In this document: piece after piece, positions 1 to 8,235 of the stretch | Layout: the number at the start of each line of letters is the position of its first letter | Numbering within the stretch: position 1 is the first letter of the stretch | DNA from: Nitrospirota bacterium | Lineage (GTDB): Bacteria > Nitrospirota > Nitrospiria > 2-01-FULL-66-17 | Assembly: GCA_049325335.1 (NCBI GenBank) | Contig: JBMOMC010000001.1 | Span: 160,001 to 224,000 of the forward strand | DNA length: 64,000 nucleotides | Direction of reading: 5' to 3' | The notes under the pieces: generated by a model | Told to the model about the DNA's origin: nothing | Seen by the model: only the letters and a program-made list of their open reading frames with translations | Database searches by the model: none | Position numbers and translations under genes: made by a program

Positions 1-655
1 GGTCGGCCTGGAAATTCGCCTTGCGCAACATCGACAGGTGGGTGTTGCCGATCAACACCATCTTCTCCGAGGTGGCGCGCAATCGGACCAACCGCTCTTT
101 GGTATCCTCCCCCCACAACATGAGGGCCGTGGAATACTCGGTATGTCCGCTAAAGCTCAACCGATCTTCGTAATAGTCTCCTTCCTGCAACGTCACCAAC
201 GGGATGTGATATCGCGTCGCGAGATGGCCGATCAATTTCCCCCAGCGGTTTCGCTCGTGGAGCGCGACGAACACGTCGGGCTGCTCCCGGCGAATAAAGG
301 CTTCGAGGCAAAAATACTCTTCCAAGCCGCTCGACAACAGGCTCGATTGCAGCACCATCGGCCAATGACGAAGCCCGTCCCATTGCGTACACCGCTCCGC
401 CCACAGGTCCCAGAATTCTCGGGTCGCGCCGTCGAGGCGTTGTCGCGTCTCGTCGGTCGCGTACGCCTGGAGGATGCGACACGTTTTGCCCTTCTTGACC
501 AAGTCCCGTTCAAACGGGAAGTCGCCCATCACCGTAAAATACAGCGGGATCGCGCCGCGGCGTTCGAGCTGATCCATCAACGGCGACAGAAACCGCGTGT
601 GATGCGGCAACGCCACGAAACACGCGACCTTTTTCCCCTTGAGATCGCGACTCAT
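1..655 (-). CDS. GT-B-like putative glycosyl/ulosonyl transferase, 3' end beyond the window edge (not in ORF track)
   Basis: Manual translation from ATG at 655 (ATGA overlap with the upstream stop at 652-654) is open to the edge: MSRDLKGKKVACFVALPHH...QPDVFVALHERNRWGKLIGHLATRYHIPLVTLQEG...LMLWGE...IGN. This resembles surface-polysaccharide GT-B proteins. Confidence 0.6.
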   Translation of the reverse strand, partial: MSRDLKGKKVACFVALPHHTRFLSPLMDQLERRGAIPLYFTVMGDFPFERDLVKKGKTCRILQAYATDETRQRLDGATREFWDLWAERCTQWDGLRHWPMVLQSSLLSSGLEEYFCLEAFIRREQPDVFVALHERNRWGKLIGHLATRYHIPLVTLQEGDYYEDRLSFSGHTEYSTALMLWGEDTKERLVRLRATSEKMVLIGNTHLSMLRKANFQAD

Positions 656-1845
656 TCCGGGACCCTCGTGACGATGTTCGAGAGGGTCATCCGCCGCTGT
701 TTGCGCTCGTAGGCCTCGAGCAACATCCGCCGCAACGCGTCCGGAGATCCCGCGAACCCCACGTCGTCGCCGCTGCCGACGGCGCGAGCCAACGGGTTGT
801 ACACGATGCCGGTCTTGCGGTACCGCGCCCCGAAGCTCAGTTGCAACATCGGCTGGGTCGCGACCATCGCGTCGCTTAACATCAGCGCCCGAATCATGCC
901 GGCTGAATCCACCGAGTAGTACGCCCCAATCGTCTTATCCAGGGTGGGTTTGAGCAGGTCGTCGAAGATATCTTTTTCGTGCAACTCCTTCACCGCGAAG
1001 TTCAGGAACACAAAAAACACCGTCGTGGGCACGCCCAGTTTGCCGATCACCGCGAACACTTCCAGGAGTTGTTGACGGTTTCGCACGTGGTTGACGATCA
1101 CGATCCCCAAATGGTCCGCGGGAACCGCGATCTCCTTGTCAAACGTGTGTTGCATGTACACGTCTTCGATCGTGTCGATGCAGTACCGCTCCTTGAGGTC
1201 CTCCAGCACGAACACGCGGTCCGCGGACGCGCCGTCGGCGGTCAACGCCCCCCGCTCCCGTTCATCCTTCACGATGTAGTAGTCCAAGAGCTTCGGGAAG
1301 ATCGGCGGGACGTCCGACGTCGGGTACAGCAGGAGTCCGGCCACGGGCACCCGGTGTTCCTTGGCATAGAACATCACGTTGGTATAGAACACGTCCTGAA
1401 TCGGAGACGGGTGCTCGTGAAACGACGGGATCGGGAACACCATCAAGTCGTACGACTCCGTGATCTTCGGAAACACCGAAGCGGACACGTTCCACAGGAA
1501 ATCGTCGAACCCGACCATCTTCCACAACTTCATATCGGTGCCGGGAATCACGATATCGTGCGTGAGTTTGATGAAGGTTTTGGCGAAATTATCACGCTGC
1601 GCCATGGTCCAAAACCGCTCGTCCGCCTTGGTGAGCCGGACTCGCACCTCGGGCCGCCCGTGATACGACTCGGTGGCGGCTTGCGCCAGGCCGTCGTGGC
1701 ACGTCAGGATATCCACGCGGTGCCCGGCGTCGGCCAGCGCCCCGGCCAGCTTCAGCACGCGACCGCCGGTGGACTGGTGCTCCTTTTCCCCCAGCGGGAA
1801 CAGGATGCGACGCGCGGCGTTACGAGGCGGCGCGTTCTTGGGCAT
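652..1845 (-). CDS. Hypothetical protein, possible GT-B fold glycosyltransferase
   Basis: 397 aa; N-terminal 'GG...LAGALADAGHRVDILT' resembles GT-B N-termini; coupled within the glycosylation operon. Confidence 0.5.
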   Translation of the reverse strand: MPKNAPPRNAARRILFPLGEKEHQSTGGRVLKLAGALADAGHRVDILTCHDGLAQAATESYHGRPEVRVRLTKADERFWTMAQRDNFAKTFIKLTHDIVIPGTDMKLWKMVGFDDFLWNVSASVFPKITESYDLMVFPIPSFHEHPSPIQDVFYTNVMFYAKEHRVPVAGLLLYPTSDVPPIFPKLLDYYIVKDERERGALTADGASADRVFVLEDLKERYCIDTIEDVYMQHTFDKEIAVPADHLGIVIVNHVRNRQQLLEVFAVIGKLGVPTTVFFVFLNFAVKELHEKDIFDDLLKPTLDKTIGAYYSVDSAGMIRALMLSDAMVATQPMLQLSFGARYRKTGIVYNPLARAVGSGDDVGFAGSPDALRRMLLEAYERKQRRMTLSNIVTRVPE

Positions 1846-2389
1846 TCGAGGTCCGGGGGGTATTGATGGCCGTCATCACCTGGTACGCGCGTTGCACCAA
1901 GGGATTCTTGGTGGTCTCCGCGAGTTTGCGGACCACCTCCAGCGTCTGGAGCCTGGTCGCGGACTTGGCGTAGGCCAGCGGAATCAGCGTGGCGAACATT
2001 TCCCGCACGGGGCCGTCCCCGAAAAATTCGTATTCGTAGCGGGCGCGATCGGTTGATCCGTACGAGACCAAATACGACACCGCGGCGCCGAACATGTCGT
2101 CGAACCGCTTTTCTTCCCAACAATAGAGCGTCCGGAGAAAAAGCAGGTCCGCGTGATCCGGTTTGACGCGTAAGCCCTCGACGATGTACGCGTCGGCCTC
2201 GGCGCGCGCGCCTTGTTGCAGCGCGATCTTGGCCAACACCGCCAGGATGCGGAGGTAGACCACGTTGGTTCGGACTTTTTGCGAGGCCTCCACCCCCGCG
2301 AGCGCCGCGAGGAACGATTCTTTCGCGCGGTCGGTCAGGCCCGCCATCAGATACGTCACCGCGGTGTCGTAGTTGGCCTCATACCTCAT
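1820..2389 (-). CDS. TPR-like helical protein
   Basis: 189 aa with a TPR-like pattern (AEADAYIVEGLRVKPDHADLLFL); ATGA overlap with the upstream gene. Confidence 0.55.
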   Translation of the reverse strand: MRYEANYDTAVTYLMAGLTDRAKESFLAALAGVEASQKVRTNVVYLRILAVLAKIALQQGARAEADAYIVEGLRVKPDHADLLFLRTLYCWEEKRFDDMFGAAVSYLVSYGSTDRARYEYEFFGDGPVREMFATLIPLAYAKSATRLQTLEVVRKLAETTKNPLVQRAYQVMTAINTPRTSNAQERAAS

Positions 2390-3099
2390 GCCGCCTCCTC
2401 CATCACGGTCTCAGCCAGCCGGAAATCCAACGGAGTGTTAACGTCGAGCGACTCCGTCTCGTCCATCACGAAGGGAATCACCACGTCGCCGGTGGTCGAA
2501 CGTTTCTCGATCACGGTCGAGGGCTTGAAAATGTAAATGCTCGCGTTCTGGATATACACGTCGGGCAGCCGGTGATACGGCCAGGTCTGTCGGGCCACAC
2601 CGCCGGCCTCGCGCACAAACGGGTGGAGGTACAGTCCATCCGTCGTCCACATCTTGTAGGGGTGTTCGGAACACTTGCGGACCGACCGCAGGGAGTCGGC
2701 TTCCGGATGGGCTAACATGGCCTCCACCGCGCGATCAATGGATTCGGGCCGCCGAAAGGGGGAGGTGGGATACAACAGCACCACCAAATCCGGCACGTAT
2801 CCCTCGTGCGTCTGCAGCCACTGCAACGCGTGATCCACGCACTCCAGTTCCGTGGAATCCGCGGTCGCCAACCCGGCGGGTCGGCGAAACGGCGCCTCCG
2901 CGCCCCACGCCGTGGCCACGCGCGCAATCGGCTCCGCGTCGGTGGACACGATCACGCGGGTGAGTCGCCGCGCGCGCCGCGCAGCTTCGATGGTGTACGA
3001 GAGCAACGGCCGGCCGTGCAACGGCCGGATATTTTTTTTCGGCACCCGCTGCGACCCGCCGCGGGCGGGGATCAACCCCAATATCTGCGTCTCGCCCAT
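2386..3099 (-). CDS. neuA: Acylneuraminate (ulosonate) cytidylyltransferase, NeuA/CMAS family
   Basis: IPARGGSQRVPKKN, STD, RPAGLA, PTSPFR, QNASIY and DVNTPLDF motifs. Confidence 0.9.
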   Translation of the reverse strand: MGETQILGLIPARGGSQRVPKKNIRPLHGRPLLSYTIEAARRARRLTRVIVSTDAEPIARVATAWGAEAPFRRPAGLATADSTELECVDHALQWLQTHEGYVPDLVVLLYPTSPFRRPESIDRAVEAMLAHPEADSLRSVRKCSEHPYKMWTTDGLYLHPFVREAGGVARQTWPYHRLPDVYIQNASIYIFKPSTVIEKRSTTGDVVIPFVMDETESLDVNTPLDFRLAETVMEEAA

Positions 3100-3102
3100 C
3101 CC

Positions 3103-3975
3103 TCACCTCGCAAACAGGCAGTTCGTGACGAACGGCCCCGGATGAAACGGATTCTGATTGTGCACGTATTCCGCGCACAGCTTGAAGCCGGCCCGTTCGA
3201 GCAAACCCGTGATCAGCCCGCCGCCCGGTCGGCCGGTTTCGGTTTCCACCAAAATGGTGCGCAGCAGAGGGTTCGCCACTGTCGCGGCCGCGCCGGTCAA
3301 AATTGCGTATTCGATGCCGTCCACGTCCAACTTGATGTGCCGCGGTTGGGGAATCGCGAACTGTGCGATGAAATCATCCAAGCGGTACCCGAGAATGGGT
3401 TGGCTGTACACGGCGGCGCGCCGCGCGGGCGCCTCCGACGACACCAACTCGTGCAACGCCGCGCCGCTCTCCAGGCTGCCGTACTGCAACGAAGCCAACC
3501 CGGTGCGGTCCGCCAACGCCGCGTGGATCGGGATCACGACGCCTTGAGCCCCATTGAGCGCCACGTTGCGGCTCAGTTGCGCGAAGGTGGCGAACGACGG
3601 TTCGAACGCGTACACCGTGGTCCGCCCGGCCTTGGCGCGCGCGATCGCCAACGCGTACGCGCCCACGTTGGCGCCGATGTCGAAGACCACGTCGCCGGGT
3701 TGGATCCACTGCTCGATCCACCGCGCCATCTCGGGTTCCTTGGCCGCCGAGCGGGTGCGTTTGTCGTATTCGACCCACGACTCCACGTGCAGGAGCACGG
3801 GCCGCGCGGGGTAGTCCATGGGGCGGATCACGGTGAGCGCCTGTTTGATCGCCAACCGCCAGGCGTCGGGCAGCCCGCCCAACACGCGCCGCAGCGCCCC
3901 CACCGCGGCGACAAACGCCTTGCCCCGCCACCTGGGCGCCCACACCCACCGGTATCGCAGCGCGACGGAGCTCAT
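3103..3975 (-). CDS. FkbM-family SAM-dependent methyltransferase
   Basis: DIGANVG, YAFEP and IKLDVDGIE motifs; start placed at ATG 3975 (ATGA overlap with the transketolase stop). Confidence 0.85.
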   Translation of the reverse strand: MSSVALRYRWVWAPRWRGKAFVAAVGALRRVLGGLPDAWRLAIKQALTVIRPMDYPARPVLLHVESWVEYDKRTRSAAKEPEMARWIEQWIQPGDVVFDIGANVGAYALAIARAKAGRTTVYAFEPSFATFAQLSRNVALNGAQGVVIPIHAALADRTGLASLQYGSLESGAALHELVSSEAPARRAAVYSQPILGYRLDDFIAQFAIPQPRHIKLDVDGIEYAILTGAAATVANPLLRTILVETETGRPGGGLITGLLERAGFKLCAEYVHNQNPFHPGPFVTNCLFAR

Positions 3976-5894
3976 CCCTTGACCGGAGACAGCGCGGCCT
4001 TGACCGTCCGCGCGATGCTCTCCCCGTCCAACCCGTGAAAGTGCAACACTTCGGCCGGGGCCCCGCACACGGGCATCCCGGAGACCGCCAGTTTGCGGAA
4101 ACGCCGGTCGCGGAGCGCGTCAGACTCCAGCACCAGATTGGCCAAATGATCCCCCAGGCCGCCGACCGGCGCATGGTTGTCCATCACCGCGATCACGGCG
4201 CAGGCGCCCACCGTCTCCTCGAACCAGCGCGGGTCCACGCGATTGAGCCACGGAAGGTTCACCACTTTGAGCGAGACGCCGTCGGAGGCCAACCGCTCCG
4301 CGGCATGGAGTGCCTCGTACACCATCACGGGGCCGTATGCGAACACCACCGCGTCATGCCCCTCGCGCAGCGCCACCCCGCGCCCCTCGGTCACGCGATA
4401 GTCGTCGGGAAGGTGGATCGGCCCCGGCGAGGGAAACAACGACAGCCGCAGCATGCACGATTCGCGGGCCTCGTTCACGCACCAATCCAACAGCCACGCG
4501 GCCTCTGCGGCGTTGCACGGTTCCACCGCGACGCAACGGGGCAGCGCCCCGAACAACGAGAGGTCTCGAACCGCCTGGTGGGATTGCCCCGCCCCCGCGG
4601 GCAACACCCCGGCATAGTTGCACACGTACAGAACCTTGGTGCCTTCCGACGCGTTGTTGTAAATCTGCTCGTTGGCTCGAGCCGCGAGAAACGCCGAAAA
4701 GGAGTGCACGATCGGCAGATACCCCTGGAGCGCCAAGCCCCCGGCCATGGACACCATGTCTTGTTCCGCGATGCCGTGTTCGACGAACCGGGCGGGAAAC
4801 CGCTCCTCGAACGCCCGCAGCCCGCAATCCGCCGACAGATCCGCGTCGAGCACCACCACGTCCTTACGGCGCTCCCCGATGTCCGTCAACGCCCGGCCGT
4901 ACGCCGTCACGATGCGTTCATCCGAGACCGGGTAGGCGGGACGGCGCTCGACCGCCGGATACTCCAACGCCACGGGGGCGACGCGGCGGTCGCGCAGCCA
5001 CGCGTCGGCCCGGTCCGTTAATTCGCGCACGGCTCGGCCGAACGACTCGTCGTCCGGCGCGCCGGAGTGCCACCGGTACAAGCCGTCGGTCATGGCGGTG
5101 TGCTCCATGAACGACACCCCTTTGCCCTTAATCGTGTCGGCGATCAGGATCTGCGGACGGCCGGTGACCCCGCGCAACGTATTAAACACCTGCCGCAACA
5201 CACGGACGTCATGCCCGTTGCAGCGCTCCACGTGCCATCCGAACGCGCGCAGTTTAGCTTCCAGATCCCCTAGATCCGAAATCTCTTTGACCGGCCGGTC
5301 GGTCTGAATGGTGTTCGCGTCCACGATCACGGTCAACGCGTCCATGCGCTGGTGGGCGGTCGCGCGCAACGCTTCCCAGATCTGCCCCTCTTGGAATTCG
5401 CCGTCCCCGGTGAGCACGAACACTTTGCCACCGCGACCGGACAACCGCTTGGCGTACGCGATGCCCCGCGCCTTGGAGATCCCCATGCCCAACGACCCGC
5501 AGTTGGCCTCGATACCCGGCGTGGTGATCTCCGGGTGCCCCTCCAACCCGCCCAACCGCCGCAACGTGAGCAACGCCCGCGCATCCAACACCCCGGCCGC
5601 GCACAACACCGCGTACTGCGCGGGCGCATCGTGGCCTTTGGACGAGAAAAAAATGTCCCGATTCGGATTGTCGAGCCCCAACTTCGTGGTGTTGAGTTCT
5701 TCGAAATAGAGGTAGGTGAAGAGGTCCATCGAACTCAGGCTGCTGCCGATATGGCCGGATCCCGCGCGTTTGATCGCGGACAAGGCGTTGAGGCGACACA
5801 GGTCGCTGACGATCGTGAGACGATCAAAGCGATCCAGCCCCGCTTCCATGAGCCGGCGGAACTCCGACGCCGGAACAAACGGAATCCCGTTCAT
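3972..5894 (-). CDS. Transketolase-family TPP enzyme (fused N- and C-terminal domains)
   Basis: GSGHIGSSLS, SKGH, GSLGMG, TPP motif GDGEFQEGQIWEA...N, TIKGKG, GIAEQDM. Confidence 0.9.
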   Translation of the reverse strand: MNGIPFVPASEFRRLMEAGLDRFDRLTIVSDLCRLNALSAIKRAGSGHIGSSLSSMDLFTYLYFEELNTTKLGLDNPNRDIFFSSKGHDAPAQYAVLCAAGVLDARALLTLRRLGGLEGHPEITTPGIEANCGSLGMGISKARGIAYAKRLSGRGGKVFVLTGDGEFQEGQIWEALRATAHQRMDALTVIVDANTIQTDRPVKEISDLGDLEAKLRAFGWHVERCNGHDVRVLRQVFNTLRGVTGRPQILIADTIKGKGVSFMEHTAMTDGLYRWHSGAPDDESFGRAVRELTDRADAWLRDRRVAPVALEYPAVERRPAYPVSDERIVTAYGRALTDIGERRKDVVVLDADLSADCGLRAFEERFPARFVEHGIAEQDMVSMAGGLALQGYLPIVHSFSAFLAARANEQIYNNASEGTKVLYVCNYAGVLPAGAGQSHQAVRDLSLFGALPRCVAVEPCNAAEAAWLLDWCVNEARESCMLRLSLFPSPGPIHLPDDYRVTEGRGVALREGHDAVVFAYGPVMVYEALHAAERLASDGVSLKVVNLPWLNRVDPRWFEETVGACAVIAVMDNHAPVGGLGDHLANLVLESDALRDRRFRKLAVSGMPVCGAPAEVLHFHGLDGESIARTVKAALSPVKG

Positions 5895-7396
5895 GACGCT
5901 CTCCTTTCACCGTCCGCCACGAATTGCACGTTCTGAATCCTCGCGCTGTAATCCACGTACAAGGTTTTGACCTCGGAAAAGGCTTCGATAGCGGCCCACC
6001 CGGCCTCGCGATGGCCGAGCCCCGACTGTTTCAGCCCGCCGAACGGAAGGTGGGCTTCGGACCCGAACGTGGGCGCGTTGACGTAACACACGCCCGCTTC
6101 CGCGTCGGCGAAAAACGCGAACGCCTGGTTCACGTCCGCGGTAAACACCGACGCGGCCAGCCCGTACAAGGACGTGTTGTGAATGCGGATCGCGTCTTCA
6201 TAGGATTCGGCCGGGAACACGGTCAACACCGGGCCGAACACCTCCTCGCGCGCGATCTCCATATCCGGCGACACCTGATCCACGATCGTAGGCGCCACGT
6301 AATACCCCTGGTCGTACACGCCGCCTTTCAACCGCTCTCCGCCCACGACGATGCGGCCGCCTTCGGCGCGGCAGCGCGCGAGATACCCCATCACGCGATC
6401 ACACTGCGCGCGGCTGATCAGCGGGGTCACATCCGACAGCGCGTCCGAGCCCGGGCCCACGCGAAGCGCGGACGTGCGCCGAATCACCCGGTCCAACACC
6501 GCCGTGTACACGGATCGGTGCACGATCACCCGGCTGGTCGCGGTGCACCGCTGTCCGGACAGGGAAAACGCCCCGGAGACCACGCCCTCCGCGGCCAAGT
6601 CCAGATCCGCGTCCGGCATCACGATCACGGCGTTTTTCCCGCCAAGCTCCAGGGACACTTTGGCGAGCCGGGCCGCGCAGTTGGCGGCCACGATCCGACC
6701 GACCGCGCTGGAGCCGGTGAACGAAATCATGGCCACCTGCGGATGCCGGGTCAGCGCCTCGCCCGCTTCGGGGCCCTCGCCGTGCACCACGTTGAACACG
6801 CCGGGCGGCAACCCCGCGTCGTGGAGAATTTCGGCCAACCGCACCGCGGTCTCGGGCGTGCGTTCCTCCGACTTGAGCACCACGGTGTTGCCGCACACCA
6901 GCGCCGGAAACGCCTTCCAGCACGTAATGGCCATCGGAAAATTCCACGACGTGATGATGCCGACCACCCCGATCGGCGCGCGCGTGGTCATGGCGAACCG
7001 CCGCCGCAATCCCGAGTGCGTGGTGCGCCCGTACCAGCGTTTGCCCTCGCCGGCCGCGAACTTGGCCATCTCAACCCCGGACTGTACATCGCCCACCGCG
7101 GCTTTGACGGTTTTCCCGTTTTCCCGCGAGATCACTTCCGCCAGGTCGTTGCGCCGCGCGGCAAGCGCGCGACCCGCCTCGGCGATCAGGTCCGCCCGGT
7201 CGGACGGCGATACCGCCGCCCACTCGCCGCGCGCCTTCACCGCGGCCGCGACCGCGCGGTCCACGTCGCGCGCGGTTGAGCGCGGATACACGCCCAAGAC
7301 GGACGCGATGTCCGACGGGTTGACGTTCTCGAAGGTCCGCCCCGACTCGGAGGGCGCCCATTGGCCGCCGATGTAATTGTGATAGGTCTGCGCCAT
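5891..7396 (-). CDS. NAD(P)-dependent aldehyde dehydrogenase
   Basis: WNFP, FTGS, LELGGKN, catalytic GQRCTA, EEVFGPV, PFGGLKQSG; GAGGAGG RBS before ATG 7396. Confidence 0.93.
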   Translation of the reverse strand: MAQTYHNYIGGQWAPSESGRTFENVNPSDIASVLGVYPRSTARDVDRAVAAAVKARGEWAAVSPSDRADLIAEAGRALAARRNDLAEVISRENGKTVKAAVGDVQSGVEMAKFAAGEGKRWYGRTTHSGLRRRFAMTTRAPIGVVGIITSWNFPMAITCWKAFPALVCGNTVVLKSEERTPETAVRLAEILHDAGLPPGVFNVVHGEGPEAGEALTRHPQVAMISFTGSSAVGRIVAANCAARLAKVSLELGGKNAVIVMPDADLDLAAEGVVSGAFSLSGQRCTATSRVIVHRSVYTAVLDRVIRRTSALRVGPGSDALSDVTPLISRAQCDRVMGYLARCRAEGGRIVVGGERLKGGVYDQGYYVAPTIVDQVSPDMEIAREEVFGPVLTVFPAESYEDAIRIHNTSLYGLAASVFTADVNQAFAFFADAEAGVCYVNAPTFGSEAHLPFGGLKQSGLGHREAGWAAIEAFSEVKTLYVDYSARIQNVQFVADGERRAS

Positions 7397-7407
7397 GCGG
7401 AGCCTCC

Positions 7408-8235
7408 TCACCAACAGCTATAACCGCCGTCCACCACCAGGTTCGCGCCGGTCATGTAGGACGACGCGTCCGAACAGAGAAAGAGCACCGCCGCGTTGTA
7501 TTCGTCGGGACGCGCCATCCGCCCCAGCGGCACCTTCTGGCTGTATCGTTTCACGAACAGGTCGTCCTGTCGGTTGTAGACGCCGCCCAACGTGAGCGTG
7601 TTGACCCGCACGTTGCGGGCGGCCCAATAGGTGGCCAAATACCGCGTCAGATTGAGGATTCCGGCTTTGGTCGCTGAATACGCCGCGGGCTTTACGAACG
7701 GCGTGTCCCGACGCTGATCCTCGTAGATGCGCTGATCCGGCGACAACAGCCCGTAGATCGAGGAGATGTTAATGATGCTGCCGCCCCGGCCCGCGGCCAT
7801 CGCGCCGCCAACCACTTGGCAACACAAAAACACCCCGGTCAGGTTCACGTCCACCATCGCGCGCCACGAGGCTTCCTGGTAGGTCTCAAACGGCCCGGTG
7901 TCGTTCCGGCCGGCATTGGGCGGAGCGTCGATCGCCGCGTTGTTGATCAAGATCGACGGTTCGCCGAATCGCGCGCGCACCGCGGCCAACCCCTCCTCGA
8001 TCGACGCCTTGCGGCTCACGTCCACGGCCGCGGTCATGACGCGATCCGTGGGCAGGTTCGCGAGCGCGGACTTGGGGTTCTCCGGCGCCACGTCGAACGC
8101 GGCCACGCGCGCGCCCGCGTCCGCCAACGCCGCGGCGTACTGGCCGCCCAGTTGGCCCGCCGCACCGGTGACCACCGCGATCCGGTCCGACAGATCGAAC
8201 CGGACGCGCGTGCGGACCTCGCACTCGGGTGTCAT
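7408..8235 (-). CDS. Short-chain dehydrogenase/reductase (SDR)
   Basis: TGAAGQLG, NNAA, NISS, YSATK and VDGG motifs; start ATG 8235 by ATGA coupling (the ORF-track extension overlaps GT41). Confidence 0.9.
   Translation of the reverse strand: MTPECEVRTRVRFDLSDRIAVVTGAAGQLGGQYAAALADAGARVAAFDVAPENPKSALANLPTDRVMTAAVDVSRKASIEEGLAAVRARFGEPSILINNAAIDAPPNAGRNDTGPFETYQEASWRAMVDVNLTGVFLCCQVVGGAMAAGRGGSIINISSIYGLLSPDQRIYEDQRRDTPFVKPAAYSATKAGILNLTRYLATYWAARNVRVNTLTLGGVYNRQDDLFVKRYSQKVPLGRMARPDEYNAAVLFLCSDASSYMTGANLVVDGGYSCW

Noticed and set aside
38..712. 224-aa plus-strand ORF
   Set aside because: Antisense to a better-supported, operon-coupled minus-strand gene starting at 655.
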